Source: Auanema rhodensis
Taxonomy: Eukaryota > Animalia > Nematoda
Direction of reading: 5' to 3'
Assembly (NCBI GenBank): GCA_964057225.1
Contig: OZ059894.1
Span: forward strand, 16,492,001-16,556,000
Length of the DNA stretch: 64,000 bases
Part shown: piece after piece, positions 13,650 through 27,587 of the stretch
Position numbering within the stretch: position 1 is the first letter of the stretch
Layout of the letters: each line of letters starts with the position of its first letter
Notes under the pieces: generated by a model
Database searches by the model: none
The model's input: only the letters and a program-made list of their open reading frames with translations
What the model was told of the DNA's origin: nothing
Program-made: the position numbers and the translations under genes

Positions 13650-14703
13650 ATGAAAGATTTCGAAGTAGCATTGAAACTGGGGGCTAAGATCAACTCTAGG
13701 GATAGACCGCAGAAAACAAGCTCACAGGAGTAGTAATTGATTTTAATCACATCTCGTGCTTTTCGGACAATAACTATCTATTCCTGAACTTACGCAGTTG
13801 TTTTTAGCTCTTTGAACCCAAAGCAATCCCTCACCACTCCGATGATTCATCCCAGATGTTGAATAAGCTCCCGGATATTTATATTTTATTGTACTGCAAA
13901 CGCAGGGTGATTCATCTTAATCTTTGCTTTATCAACTGCTTACGTCAGTTTCGATTACAATGTGATTTTCATTATTCAGAGAATCTCATAAATTCCAGAC
14001 TTGCCTCTATTGGTGAATTTAATAAGCTTAACATTTTTTTAAAGTAAACAACCGCTTTGCTTCGAAAATCATTAAGAAATAAGAACAGTTGGCAGGCGTT
14101 TTCAAAAAGCACGTGAAATGTTACATGAAGATATCTATCATTTCTTGTTTTTATCTGTATTATATATGTAGTTCCTGAACAAATATTTTAATCTTTTTTC
14201 ATCAAAAAGTTAATTGTATTTATTTACAAATAACAGATAACATGAACAATAACCGCATCAATTATCGTGGATACCACTTACACTGTGATACCCAAACGAT
14301 TTGGCTTGAATTAAGTGAATAGCTGTAGAAAAATACAAACCATCAGCATTAAAAATGAGCAAGATCTAAGGCAGACAAAGAGAATCAGCCATCAAATGCA
14401 ATAGACGAATCATGTTAAAAAAGCCAGCTTAATGAATAAACAGTGGTTGATAAGTCAAGGATAAAGAAAATTGGAAAAAATGAAAACATAGTACATAAAC
14501 TCAACTTCATATTTTTAATTTTCACTCAGCCAATAGTAAATTGTAAAGCTTACGCTACTTTAATTAAATTAAATATGCCGCCAAGAAAATTATACAATGA
14601 TAAAGTTTCCAAATATGTTGTGAATTCATATGAAAATCAGAATCAACCTATCAATATGGCAATACCACCCACTGAGTTCAATGCACTGACCTTTCAATAT
14701 TAG
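13650..14703 (+). CDS. Uncharacterised multi-exon protein; exon structure only partly resolved
   Basis: Plus-strand exons with GT-AG boundaries (...NSRLASIEIRTVGRRFQKAREMLHEDIYHF...; PIVNCKAYATLIKLNMPPRKLY...FQY*). The start codon is uncertain. Confidence 0.4.
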
Positions 14704-14753
14704 CTGTAGGTGACTTCGCAAAGAGTGAAGTCTCGTTCAAAAAAAGATTGAAT

Positions 14754-15583
14754 TTACTCGATTTGCTTGCTAAGTATAAGGTAGTCAAGGCCTCTGTTTT
14801 CATCAGGACACGTGATGTCGGCTTCATAACCTAGTTTGTGAAAGAATCCTAAAGACTTGGCATTGAATGCAAAAACAGTTGCCATGACTTTCTCCATTCC
14901 AGTTCTGGTAAAACAGTGAGAACAATGAGATAAGAAACCCAACAAGAATTATACCTGGCGCAGACGTTTTCTAACGTTTGGATGAGAATAGAACCAATTC
15001 CGTTCTTCTGATATTTTTCCGACACTTGAATTTCATAACTATGAAGCAAGTTATATATTACATAGTATTAGAAAAATATTTACCAATAAACAACAGGGCT
15101 GCTGTGATCAACGTCGAATCTATAATGGGCATAACCAACCTTTTCTCCATCAGGATTATAGGCGATAAGATATCTTAACAAAAACTGATGAACAAAATTT
15201 ATTTGATTATGCTAACCTTGCAGTAGTAGCAGCAAGCTCTTGTTTTTTAGATTCAGGATCCCATCCCCATTGTGATTTAGAATATCTGATATACATTATT
15301 CGTTTGAAGGATCATATGATAATAGCTTACAGATCATACATATTTTCTTTGAAAAGATCAAAAGTCCAAGTAGATTCTTCTTCGGTTAGGTGGGTGGCCC
15401 AACAGGTTTTGAAAGTGATAATTTCCCTATAATATGAACATATTAAAAATTATGAACTACAAATATTCACCCATTCGCTGTTTTTCGGTCTTCAATTGGG
15501 GGAAAACAGTCCAACTGATTAATAGGGTCTTTCATTTTGCTCGCCTTTTTGACGGCTTTCTTTCCTGCTTCAGCTGGTGCCAT
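14754..15583 (-). CDS. NAA40: N-alpha-acetyltransferase 40 (NatD)
   Basis: FDLFKENMYDLYSKSQWGWD, RYLIA, HYRFDVD, VVYCYEIQV, QKNGIG, MEKVMATVF...SLGFF and YLILSK motifs of this GNAT subfamily. Confidence 0.92.
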
Positions 15584-15845
15584 CGCCTGAGAAAACATAA
15601 CTTCTAAACATTGTTAGAAAGACAAAAAAAGTATACGAAACCGAAAAATCGGTTTAAAACAGTGAAAGAACAAAATCTTGACTTATTTACATTTTTAAAT
15701 GATGACGGTCAGATAGTAAAAATATAATATGTAGAGCGAGGCTCATATCTATACCAGTCATAATATTAAACTAGGGTAACTATCACTATAAAAATATATT
15801 TAAAAAAAACATTTCAGAACTAGTTTAAAAAAGGAAAATATTCAA

Positions 15846-16369
15846 TCATATGCTAAACGATTCTCCACAGCCACACGTTCCTTTTATATTAGGATTTCTA
15901 AACACGAATTCACTACTAAGTTTGCCTCTTATATAATCCATTTCGGTACCCAATAGCCCTAATTGGGCCTTTGGTTCTATCCATATCTTAATTCCATCCT
16001 ATAACATCAAATTCTAAAAATATAGCCATAGTGAATCGTACTTGTTCTACTTCTTCATCAAATTTAGCCTTCTCATTGGCATAGTCCAATGTATATGTTA
16101 ACCCATTGCAACCCTTTTGTCTGACCCCAATCTAAAAGAAAAGTTAAATTGAGAAAAGTCTAAATGAAAATTCCACCTTTAGAGCCTTGGCGTCTTGAGA
16201 TTGATCTAGTAAATATTTGACTCTAGAAACCGCTTCGGGTGTTAAAGTAAGTGCAGCTCTAAACAGGAACACGAAGTATAATGACACACTACTAAAAGAC
16301 TGACTTGGTAGCTTTGACACGTGCTAGACCTTTGATAACTCTTGCTGTGGCCCCTCCCAATTTCGACAT
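15846..16369 (-). CDS. ISCA1: Iron-sulfur cluster assembly protein ISCA1
   Basis: ALTLTPEAV, KGCNGLTYTLDY and EFVFRNPNIKGTCGCGESF signature. Confidence 0.96.
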
Positions 16370-16558
16370 CTAACTCAATCACGGAACGGACAGCTAAACT
16401 ACATGCTGTAAAAGACAACTATGAAAACAATGTGAAAGTAAATTGCGATAAAACAAGTTCGTAACGTGAGACAAGATTGTATGTATAAATATATTTAATT
16501 TAACAAAATAAAAATGCGAATTATATTTGATTGCGAAACCGTAATGACCATTTTGAAT

Positions 16559-19007
16559 TTAGAAGATTAATACAGCTTGAGGGACTGTGCTCATATTTCC
16601 ATATTCATTATAACGAACTGTACACATGTCAGCAGGACCTAAGCTAACAATAGTGGCAGAGTAATACTGAAAGAGTAAGCCAATAACAAACATCTACATC
16701 AGTTTTCACTTACTCCGCCGTCCGTCCAAGGGGCCTTACATTGCTGACCCACTTTCCAAACTGGCATGCCTTTGGAGAATCCAGGTCTTTTGTTTTGCTT
16801 GTCGTGGTAAGGCTTACTTCTTGTAAAGGTCAGCGGTGGTCCTATATGCATACTTGACATCTCTGAAATGATGACCAATCACGAAAATTTCGTCATTACT
16901 ACGCTACTCTGAACAATGGTATCATCCATCCCAGGAAAAGCGCCTTGATCAAAAGGTCTAGGAGCTGCCATTTCTCTCTAAATTAGATTTATTAATTGCA
17001 TCCATTTAATTTGAAAACATACAGGGAAGCCCTGATTTTGGTTCCTTGGAGGACGATTGGACGAATGTGGAGCAGGATATCTATCTTGTCTTCCATCATT
17101 ATTGGCCTTCTGTTGGTGACTGCAAAACAAATTGTTAGAATAAATAAATTAGTTGTTCGTAATTGAACAGTTAACAGCATAAAATGATAGATAGTAATAG
17201 TTTGTTCCATAAGTCTGGCAAAAATGCTTTACGATACAAATTATGCCCAATTCGCATTAAGAAAATGGTCCTACGGAAGAAGATTTTACAATAAAACAAA
17301 CAATTCATAAAATACTTCTTCATTATCTCAAAAAATACATTTGAAGTATTGAAGAATATTATTAATGATCAATTATGACTAATGCTAAAAAATTGAGAAA
17401 CCAAAACGCTCATTCGAGAATGCTATTTCTAAATTTAATAACACGCAACCCGGTTGTGTCACAAAGCGCACTAACGCTTACTATTATTGTCTCAAATTTC
17501 ATTTCAATATATAATTAAGCCACTTACTTATGCTCTTGTTGCCTGTTTTGATTTTTTCCCTCTTTATTATGATCTCTATGACTATGCCTAAAATGTAATA
17601 CTTCCATGATTTCTATAACTAGCAGAATAAAGTATACGGATTCTGGTTGAAGTGTTGACGACCGTTAGATTCTGGATTGCGTCTGTGCTGGTCATTGTTC
17701 TGGTTATTCCGGAATCTATCGTTAGGTGCACCTCCACGATTACTTTTTCCCCGACCATCACGAGCATTAAATTTTTCCTATATTTTTTATAATATTTTCC
17801 AAGTTACAGGAAATAGAAACCTTAGGAGCAGGAGCGGGAGGAGGAGCAGAAGCTGGTAAGATACCTCTATTAGTCATAAAGTCAAATAAGGTTGAAGGAC
17901 CTGAGGGTCTGGCAAATTCAGCAGGAACCTAGAAACGTAAAAATAAGTATTGCTTTTAGAAATGACTACCTCTGCATCTTCACTATTCTTACGTCTACGA
18001 CCTGTCTTCGGTTTTTCCACCTTAGGTTTCAGAGGTTTTTCTTTGTCCACGTGCTCAGATGGTTTAGGAACATTTAGAGGAGGAGCGATCTGAAAAAAAT
18101 AATAGACATAATATACTTTTACTTAGAAATACCTTAGGAGCAGCAAAAACTTTTTTAGTTGTATCCTCAACAGCAGATTCGATGTTCTCTTTACGTTGTT
18201 TCAAAAAGTCATCATCTTCATTTTGCTCTTTTTTACCCGTAGCATTTATAAAATCATTCGCTTTGAAATTACGGGAATTGGCTTCCTTATTGCCTTTTTT
18301 GCTTCCAAATGAAACCCACATTGGAGCACAAGTTTGGCTTTTTCTGCCAACTCCTTTCAAAGCGTTCTTAAAATCAAATTTTATTTTTAATATGGTTGAT
18401 TTTGAGTGCAATACTTTTTCAATAATCCACTTCTCTATTAAAGCTTCAACTTTTCCTCCTATTACATTAACGTTGTTGCGTGTAAGAATCAAAAAGTTCC
18501 CTTCGATAGGTATTTTTCCAGTCAGCAGCAGCTTTGTTCCTGGCGGAGTGTTAGAACTGGAAAGTCAGAACTATTAAAAAATGTTCAGATCAAACAGAAT
18601 AACTTTAATCCTTTAATATCTTCCAAGAATAGGGCTGACATAGAGCCATGGCCATCGGTCAGAAAAAGGCGAACTATACCTCCTGTTAAGTGATCACTGA
18701 TTTGGGGATGTGAAACATTTCTGAAACATTGTTTTAGCAAGATTAATATACAAGTTTATACCGGAAACGAGTTATTTGGAGAACAATAGGTCCTTGTAAA
18801 AAAGAGGAATCTTTGGAAATATCACAAAGGGAAGGAGATCCATATTTCCGAATATCTAGCTACAATTGAATAACACTCATTTTAGTTAGCAGAAACCAGA
18901 ATTACATTACACAAAAGGCGTTCTAATTCTTTTTGCTCTTTTGGGACTTCCTCAAGTAAATCTTCAAGCACCGACTCATTAATACGCCATCCAGCACTAA
19001 GAGTCAT
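16559..19007 (-). CDS. tdrd-3: Tudor domain-containing protein 3 (OB-fold, low-complexity linker, Tudor)
   Basis: N-terminal RMI1-like OB fold (GPIVLQI, RLFLTDGH, NTPPGTKLLL, VIGGKVEALIEKW) and C-terminal Tudor WKVGQQCKAPWTDGGYYSATI...TVRYNEYGN. Confidence 0.9.
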
Positions 19008-19229
19008 AATACTAAAATTGAAATAAAGTTAGGAAAACAAAATAGAAGTAATAAACAGTTGAAACCGTTTCTAAACACAAAAACACAGCAGATTAAGAAA
19101 ATGTTATATAGAAATCTACGTTTTTTATAGCAGTAAGCTTATATACAAAATAGTTTTCCGATTATGCAATCACATACACAAGCACCTGTAAATTCGAATC
19201 TAACAATGGGTACATATCACACTTCTTGA

Positions 19230-20096
19230 TCAAAGTAAAACTTTTGCTTGGTAGGGTATACTATGACATATGAAATCTCTAGGTGGGTTAGCAAATTTTT
19301 CCAAACAACATAATTCTCCAATGTTAACAGTTTCCTGCAAATAAACTCTAGGTTGGAAAGTATTTATCGACAAACTCGAGGATGTCGAAAATATGTACAT
19401 TCTCGTTCACCATAACCAGGTACGAGTAAATCAAAAAAAAAAGATCCATCTTCCAATGCTTCGATTTCGTGTATATTACCTAAAATAATATTTAAACAAA
19501 AAATGGTGATGGATTTTTGCAACCTGTTATGGGTTGAACCATAACTACTCCGTCATTAGGAGTTACAATCTTCTCTCCCTCATATAATGCTTCGGAAAAT
19601 TCAGGATGCTGTTGATAGCTGTCTACTGAATAGGACCTTATCTAGAAACGATGCAATCACAGAGAAAAACTAAAACTGCAACCTTTAGGGCACCCCTCAA
19701 ACATTTTATAAAACCGTGAATTTCAGGATGATCATGTAGGGGTAACTTTTTTGACCCCCTACTGAATCCAAATATACTAGCATGAACACCTTTTTCTTCA
19801 TAAACTGAAGAATAAATAACTGGAGCAAAGACAGATTTGCAATATTCAACATCTGGTAATTTTCCTAAATTATCCTAATAAAAATAGAAATAGATCATGC
19901 GAAACCTATAACATCTTCATTGATATTTGAAAAATCGTTTGTTAATAAACGAATTGTAGATTCATCCCCTCGCTGAATTAATCCCGATATTCTGTAATAT
20001 ATCTAGTACACCCACAACTAGCTCATTGGAAAACCTGGACACTTTTCGAAGGAAAGACTCTAGAAGTCTAAGATCACCAGGTGGACGAATAGCCAT
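19230..20096 (-). CDS. ADO: 2-aminoethanethiol (cysteamine) dioxygenase, PCO/ADO cupin family
   Basis: LPLHDHPEIHGFIKCLRG and GNIHEIEAL (3-His iron site), FFDLLVPGY and RECTYF. Confidence 0.88.
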
Positions 20097-20323
20097 ACGC
20101 CCTTAAAACTTCACAACTACATCGGACTGTGAACCGATAGAAAAATATAAGAAAATGAAAATAACATTTTTTCTTTTACATAAATATAATAAAAAAATAA
20201 AAGCTTTATAGAGGGGCAAGATGGAAAATACCCATTATTATGAAAAAGGCAAAAATACCCAGAATGCAAAGTGAAATATGACAAATAATAGATATCACAG
20301 GTAATATCAATAAATAAATAGAA

Positions 20324-23300
20324 TTATTTTAAAACGTTCTCTTGGTCATCATAACCGATAAAAATTTCCGATTTGGGATCGGGATATAATGTACTCCAAA
20401 TCTTGGATGAACATTCGTTATTACAATTATCTATGACAGTATAAAAATTCTCGACCAACGTCTTAAAAAGGTCGACATTATTTACATCAAAAACGGGGAA
20501 AGAAATATTAGCAATGATTGAAGAATCATATATTATGGCAGTCCAGATACCAGCTTGTTCCGGTTTTATTGACAATGGCTGTAAATCTAAGGTTGAAAAC
20601 TGAGATCCATATATGGAGTCATAAGATACGACGGTCTGGAAACAGAAGCATGAGTATATATTGTAAATAGTCAGAATACCTGCTCAGTAATAATTTTATT
20701 AGTGGGATCTCTCCAAAGAAACTTGATCGGTGGACTTGTCTTCGTAGTATTCACAGTAGATGGCATGTTTGGTACTTTTTTCCAGTTAAGTTTAACAGTG
20801 GGTGATCCATTCTTAATCACAAAAGATAAAAGCCCTTTAAAAAGTAAGATAACTACCAAATTAACATATTTGGTAAATCCACGATATAATTCCTCTTTGT
20901 GGTCAAGACCGACACCAAAACTTGCACTATCAAGCTTAAATCCATTTACAATAGATGGAGATACTATAGATGATCTTTCGACCGTATTCACCAATAATTG
21001 TACGACATTGGATTGATCAGCAACCTACAATAATGTTGGATACATAAATATTTGGAGTAACATATTCAATATACCTGTATTGTAAACACTATAAGAATAG
21101 GATGAGAACTTGATTCTCGGAAAGCATCTATCCGTTCGAGGGATAAAAAGCGGAAATCTTTCATTACCGATTTATTAAGCAATGTTTTCGCTAATAAAGT
21201 ATTATCAAGAGCTAAAATAATTTCGAAATCTACAAAAGTGTGGTGTAAAACCTACAAAACCCATCAATATCAGCCTTATAAAAGTTAACGAAGGTAGAAT
21301 TGAAAGACGGATGGCTCGTATGGAGTAATTGAGGCCTGAAACATCGAGCATAATGCTTAATGCTATAAATGAGTCTACCTGAATCTTTGAGCTTGTGCTT
21401 CTGCCATGGCTATTGGTTCAATATCCACAAGACTTTCAAACTTTCGAGCGATATATTGAGCTTTTTGAAGAACAGTCTAAACCTTTACATATATTTGGAA
21501 AAGAATAAATATATAACAAACTTGAAGATTGAATTTAGAAGCATGTTCTTTTTTGAAAACAAGTGGTGAGCATCCACACCAATCAACTACTTTTTTAAGA
21601 GTGGCACAACGGCAACCTGAGAAGGATATCTTTTGAGCTTTTGGAGACGGTTGAAAATGTACCTTGTTTTCTATTCCAATTGGTAAGTCTTAAATGGTTC
21701 GAAAAAATAGTTCCACAAAATTGAGAATTATGTCCAAGCTGAATTATGAAAATCAGGAGCACTATATAACACAGATTCTCACAGTGTGATAAAAGCTTTC
21801 CACTGGCAAGATAATAGACGAAAACAAATATCTTAACTTCTTGGGAAGTTCTTCATCAGATACAGAATATTCAGCAAATTTACGATGAAGCACAATCCAA
21901 TCAGAACCACCATCAATTCTCAAAGATCGTGGAAATTCTCCTCTGAAACAAATTAGTGAGATGATTCTAAATACGAATCAAACCGTTTCCCAATTCTCCA
22001 CATTCTTTCTTCACATTCTTCAAAAACAAAGTCAAACCCTTGTTTTTGAATAAATCGAGCAGTATTATATCCATGACTTGCGAGATATGACATCCCATTA
22101 TTTCTTTAAAAAAGTGACTGTATTAAAATAATAGTAATAGATCACAACTGTGTTAATTGGGCTTCAAGTTCATCCAAAGACAACACAGGAAAATCACTTT
22201 CGGACATGTTCAAGAGGTAATCCCAGTCAGATATATGAGGTATTGTAATAGATCTTCTTATAGCATCTTTTAAAATTGATGTTGAGAAAAGATACAAGTA
22301 GGAAGAAAACCTGTAACCATTTTCAGTAAGGACGCTCCTCCCCAAATTGTACTATGTCCATCTGGTGCAACATAAACATTTCGAAGTTTAGCAGCCACAG
22401 CTTTCATTTCTAAATATATTAAATATAAGTTCAATCAAAACTTGATTGCTTAATTTGTTTATAATTGAAAACTCTTAACATGTTTTTATACAAGAAATGT
22501 TTCATTTTAAAGAATCAAGTTACCTGTAAGCATGTAAAGCTGTCTTTGATCAACATGAATATAATAGAAATGATTTGGAGAATAAATAGCTTTGAGTAAA
22601 CGTTTCACCTAAACACTAGAATATTTCGGAAATCCCTGAATAATTGTATGCCTGTCTATCGTTACGGCCGTTGAGCTGCAGCAGAAACAGAATACGAATT
22701 TGTTTCTGTTGCGAATTTGCAGAAATGATAGTAGTGTTCACATAAGCCGCCTTCGATAGAGTGGTTGCTTCTGAAATTGTTCATTAGGATCATAAATGCT
22801 TTTGATCTTCCTTTTTAATCCAGTCCTGTAAACATCGATAGCATTAAATCCACCACAGAATTCGTTTTCATTTCCAGAACATAAGTATTCCGCACATTTC
22901 TCTTTTGGTAAAGTTGTGGAATTTAGAACATCACCACAGAAACATTCTCTACCAAACTCTAAGCCTGAATAACACGGCGTTTTACACTTTACTGAATTTC
23001 ACGAAACCGTAATAAATAAATCCTGCGCGATAACAGTGTGCAAGACATTTTTCATGAGAATTATCTGTTTTGAATTCATATGTGAAATCAGTCAACGTTC
23101 GTTGCTTTGGCGAATCCGAGAAACATCCCATATGTGAAGACACAAGTGAGGTATCTGAAAATTCTCTGTCATGCAAAAACCTAGTACCTACAAACCATGA
23201 TTAGAACAACTGCTCTCAGGAAACACGTCATGAAACTTTCCATTTTTCAGCTTACAAACTGATTCAGTTAGCTGAAAATTCGTGAAACTTCTGGCATAAT

Positions 23301-23604
23301 AAATTTCGTCCTACTTTCAACCTACAACTCTCACTTTTAACCCGCTCGAGAACACTTTTAGCTAGAGGATCAGTTACTGAGCATGAATATGGATCATCAG
23401 TCTGAAAATAAATATGAATACTATTTGTGGGAAATTCATTTATGGTACAACCTGTTCAACTGCCTTTAGGAAATGAACAGAATGTGTATTCGGCTGTTCG
23501 ATGAAATAATAAATTATAAATATATTTCCGAAGAAAAACAGTATGGTTATGATTACAATAAACAGGGACCGATATATCGGCCATCGCAACATTGAAGAAA
23601 GCAT
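20324..23604 (-). CDS. sqv-6: Xylosyltransferase (WSC domain, GT14 domain, Xylo_C)
   Basis: N-terminal TM, WSC domain (HMGCFSD...CLAHCYRAG), [50 protein letters not shown], and C-terminal WSTLYPDPKSEI. Confidence 0.95.
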
Positions 23605-24179
23605 TTTACTCTGAAACACTTTACATAATGAATAAATTTCAAGAAAGAACCTCACCTAATACTATTTTTTAGAAAAAATTTGTGAACACTTCTTAACACA
23701 TGAATGATCATCTAAACATTTACAGCATCTGGAAGTATAAAATAAACTAAAATCAGAATTATTTTCAACTTTATCTTAAATGCGCACATTTGAGATTTTT
23801 TCAAACTAAACATTCAAACTGGGCATACACGTTATTATATTAGCATAGATATAGCAAATTGTCAAATCGGCAAGTCAAAATAATATAAAAACAGATAAAT
23901 TTCAAAAAAATGAGATATGTACTTAACACAAAGCTGTAAAAAAACATATTTTTTATATACCTACAACATTTGAAGCTGGTTTTCATTCAGTTAAGTGAAA
24001 TAGCAATCTTAAGATATTCTAGCTGAAGCTAGAACAAAACTTGCTCGTCAGACGAAAAATGGGATATCTTAAGTACACGATTTTTTGCGGACTAGTATAT
24101 CTTATTTTAATAGCTTCTTTATAAACCTAAAATTTGGACATTGAGCGGATTTGATTGTTCTCATAGAGACTATTTCGGG

Positions 24180-25856
24180 ATGAGGTCAACCCTACTTCCT
24201 TTTGTAACGCTATTTGAACTAATTTGTGTTGTCTCCACTGAAAAGGCATACTTTTTAGAAGAAGGATCGGATCAAACATATGCAACAGAAGTTGATCAGT
24301 TGGGTTTTTTCTTTACTTTTTAGTATATTTTATATTATTTAAGATCGAATGGAGTTAATGGTCAAATTTTGGATTTATTAGGTCTTGATAATCCTACCTC
24401 AGCTCCTCTAAACAAGCGAAATGATAAAGTAGCTACCTATATGGAAGAACTTTATAAGCAAATTGAATCTGAAGATCAATCATTGTATAAAAAATGAAAA
24501 GAAACATCTTCTATTTTTTCGTTCAGAGAAAACAATCAGAAAGAAAAAAAGGAACGATCTACATGGGGTATAACTGATAGGATATTGGCATTGACACCAG
24601 AAGGTAAAATAAGAGTAACTTAATTCATTGCAAATTGTGTTCTAGAAGTATCTGCTTTTGGAGATAGTATGGTAAGGATGGCATTCAACTCCGAAAACTT
24701 ATTATCGCAAGGAAAAAAATCTATATTAACTCAATCTGAACTTCACTTGTTTTTTAAAGACACAGACTTACCGATTGTCGTTAAATTGTTCTATGAAAAG
24801 TGAAGTAATTTATTTTGATATTAAAATAACTAACTCTTTCAGAGAAAGCAAGTTGATAGAAACTGTAAGGAAAGAGTTTCCTGCAGGAACCAAGGAACTC
24901 ACACTAAACTCCACAGAATGTATTTATAATTGGATTCACAATTCTGTTTCTTCATCCATGTTTGTTCATATTTCTTCAGGTAATACAAGCGTAAAAATAC
25001 TTTTTCTTATCATATTTGTTAAGGAGAATTGTTGGATAGCTTCATAGTGGCTGGTTTTGTTGATGGTAAATTCTTTAATAATAATAAACAAACATTAATT
25101 TTAGCTATTTACAATTTAAATCGCTCATCTTTCTTTTTTTTGGTTACTCAAAAACTATTTGCTTTTCTATCGAATAATTGTCTTGGGTATTTTCATTTTA
25201 AGATGTCCCCCCTGTGAAGAAGCGTGAAAGACGCTCTGTTAATAGTATGCCAACCTCTGTTAATCAACATGACAAAAATGACGATGAAGGGGAGTCGTCA
25301 GATGAGGGTGCGTTATCTTTTCATTTTCATGATCGAGATGGGTGTTGCATTTGTTACACTGTGACTTCGTACATCCAACGTAGATTTATGTTACTCTTCG
25401 CTATAAAGCTAACGTCATTTTGCACTTTGCAACTGATCCCCTCAATTACAGGCGGAGGCTGCAGGCGTCATGGGCTATATGTAAACTTTGAAAATTTAGG
25501 ATGGAAGGTGCGAATTTTGTTATTTTACTTCACCAAAATTTGGAATTCAGAGTTGGATTATTGCTCCTGAAGGGTATTCTGCTTTTTACTGTGGAGGTGG
25601 ATGCTCATTTCCTATGAACAATAGAATGAATGCTTCAAATCATGCCATTGTACAAACTCTTGTAAGAAATATTTCTTCACAGTTTTAAAAGCATGTTTTA
25701 TTTTAGGCTCATTCGGTCCATCCTTCGAGAGCAGAAAATACTAAATGTGCTCCAACTGTGCTCACTTCGTTGAAGATTCTTTTCATAGACAATCATCAGA
25801 ACGTTGTTATGAAAAAATACAAGGATATGGTTGTTCAAGAATGCGCTTGTCATTAA
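24180..25856 (+). CDS. tig-2: TGF-beta/BMP ligand (60A/BMP5-8-like)
   Basis: Signal peptide, prodomain, furin site KKRERRS, and mature domain [28 protein letters not shown]...[11 protein letters not shown]...[10 protein letters not shown]. Confidence 0.9.
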
Positions 25857-26214
25857 CCCACAAAACATAATTGTTTTTATTACTTGCATGTGTATATATT
25901 TTCATTTTTCTAATAATGTAGTTTAGCTTTAAGCGAATTCATAGCTTTAGAGATTTTCTCGCCCATTCCCCGTCATACGTTGGTGTTCCTTAAATAGCAT
26001 ATGTCCCCGTGATTTGTTGGTGCTCTATGTTTTAAGCTTTATTTTTTTCAATATAAACGTTTTAATTTATAGAATCTATCACATATTGCAGGGTAAAAAT
26101 TACCACAATACTTCAGACATGCTCTTCAACATAAGCATATTTGAGCACCAATGAGATTATAAAATGATTTTGTGGGAATATAATAGTTCATAACACATAT
26201 CAGATTTAGAAATC

Positions 26215-27587
26215 TTACTTCATTTCATCGGGAGTCTTCTGTCTCAGCCATGCTGGTGGAACAACCAAAACTAGAACGGTAACACAATACAGCACGACTG
26301 ATATAACGGAAAAATTATATATAAAGTCCAATTTAGTGCCACACTTGAGGCCGAAAGAACATTTAAATCTGAAAATGCTCAATGTGATGAAGGAATGACA
26401 AAGGTTTTTTTTGTTATTTACAAGTGTTTAAAAGTAAAGGGTGTGCTTATTTTTGAAGAATTATCATAGATAAGCGGTTGTAAGAAGATTAGATCAATTT
26501 AGTTTGGATAATATTCTTCTAAATAGACTTACGATCCACTATCGGCGAAGATAGCGTATTGTGTGTATCCAATCAAAGCTTGTATACAGCTGACTAGGAA
26601 GCAAGCAGAACCTACTGTTCTATGCACAGGCATGAATTTTTGTTTCAACTTTAGACTCATGCCTGGTAAGAAGAAGCTAAAGAAACCGAAAGAGAACTAA
26701 ATAGGAAAATAAGTGGTAGTATGTTTGCACGCATTACCTGAGCTAAATAAACCCCCATTACTGCCAGTCCAATCCAGCTGTGAACGGAAGTAAAATTATA
26801 ATTTCCCTAAAAAAACAACTTAATTAATTGTTGTAAAATTGTTAATCATACATCAATATTCTTCTGAAGGATTGCAACGGTTAAACCAACTGCAAAAAAT
26901 CCAATAGCTAATATATGGTAAAGAACATGAACCAATTTCGAGAGAATTTTAATGTCATATCGGTATAAACGGTAGGATAGTAGAGCTGCAAGTTAGAATT
27001 CTTATTTTTTGACCCAGTAAATCATAGCGCAATAAAGTATTAATTCGAATTTATGAGTCGACTGTGTATGTATTAAAGTCAAAAGTGCACAATTCTATAA
27101 GCTGTGCTTGTTACACTTACTAGATTTAAGTGTTAAAAATTCTTATCAAAACACTTCAAGCATAAAACTATCGATTGACCAGATAATCAACTAATACATA
27201 TATTTCAAAAAATTGTTGAAAAATTAGTCATTGCTTGATTAACTGATTACACTATATGCAGGCACTCATAGGGTTTTTTTTCTTTTTTCTTTTGTAATAG
27301 TAGGTCCTACCTTCGCCTTGAAAATATACAAGACCCAGCATCATGAAAAATCCATGGAAGTTTTGTGGGTTTCCTGGTGTGCTTGCACTTGGCCATGCCA
27401 TTCCATAGCCCATTGTATTAAATAAATATGCTGAAATATGGTAATATGATGTGTCTCATGTTTTGAGTACTTTACCTGATAGTATCACCATAGAAAAGCC
27501 ACATATTTGATTAAAAGCTAAGATAATTTCAAAATATCGATGTTTCCATGTTAAAAATGAGTATGGTGAGAGTTCATTAGATGTCAT
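26215..27587 (-). CDS. Cytochrome b561 family ferric/ascorbate reductase
   Basis: NFHGFFM, KLVHVLYH, FTSVHSWIG and MPVHRTVG supply four heme-ligating His residues; six hydrophobic segments. Confidence 0.92.

Noticed and set aside
16559-17120. SMN-like stand-alone Tudor gene
   Set aside because: It splices in frame to the upstream OB-fold exons, giving TDRD3 architecture.
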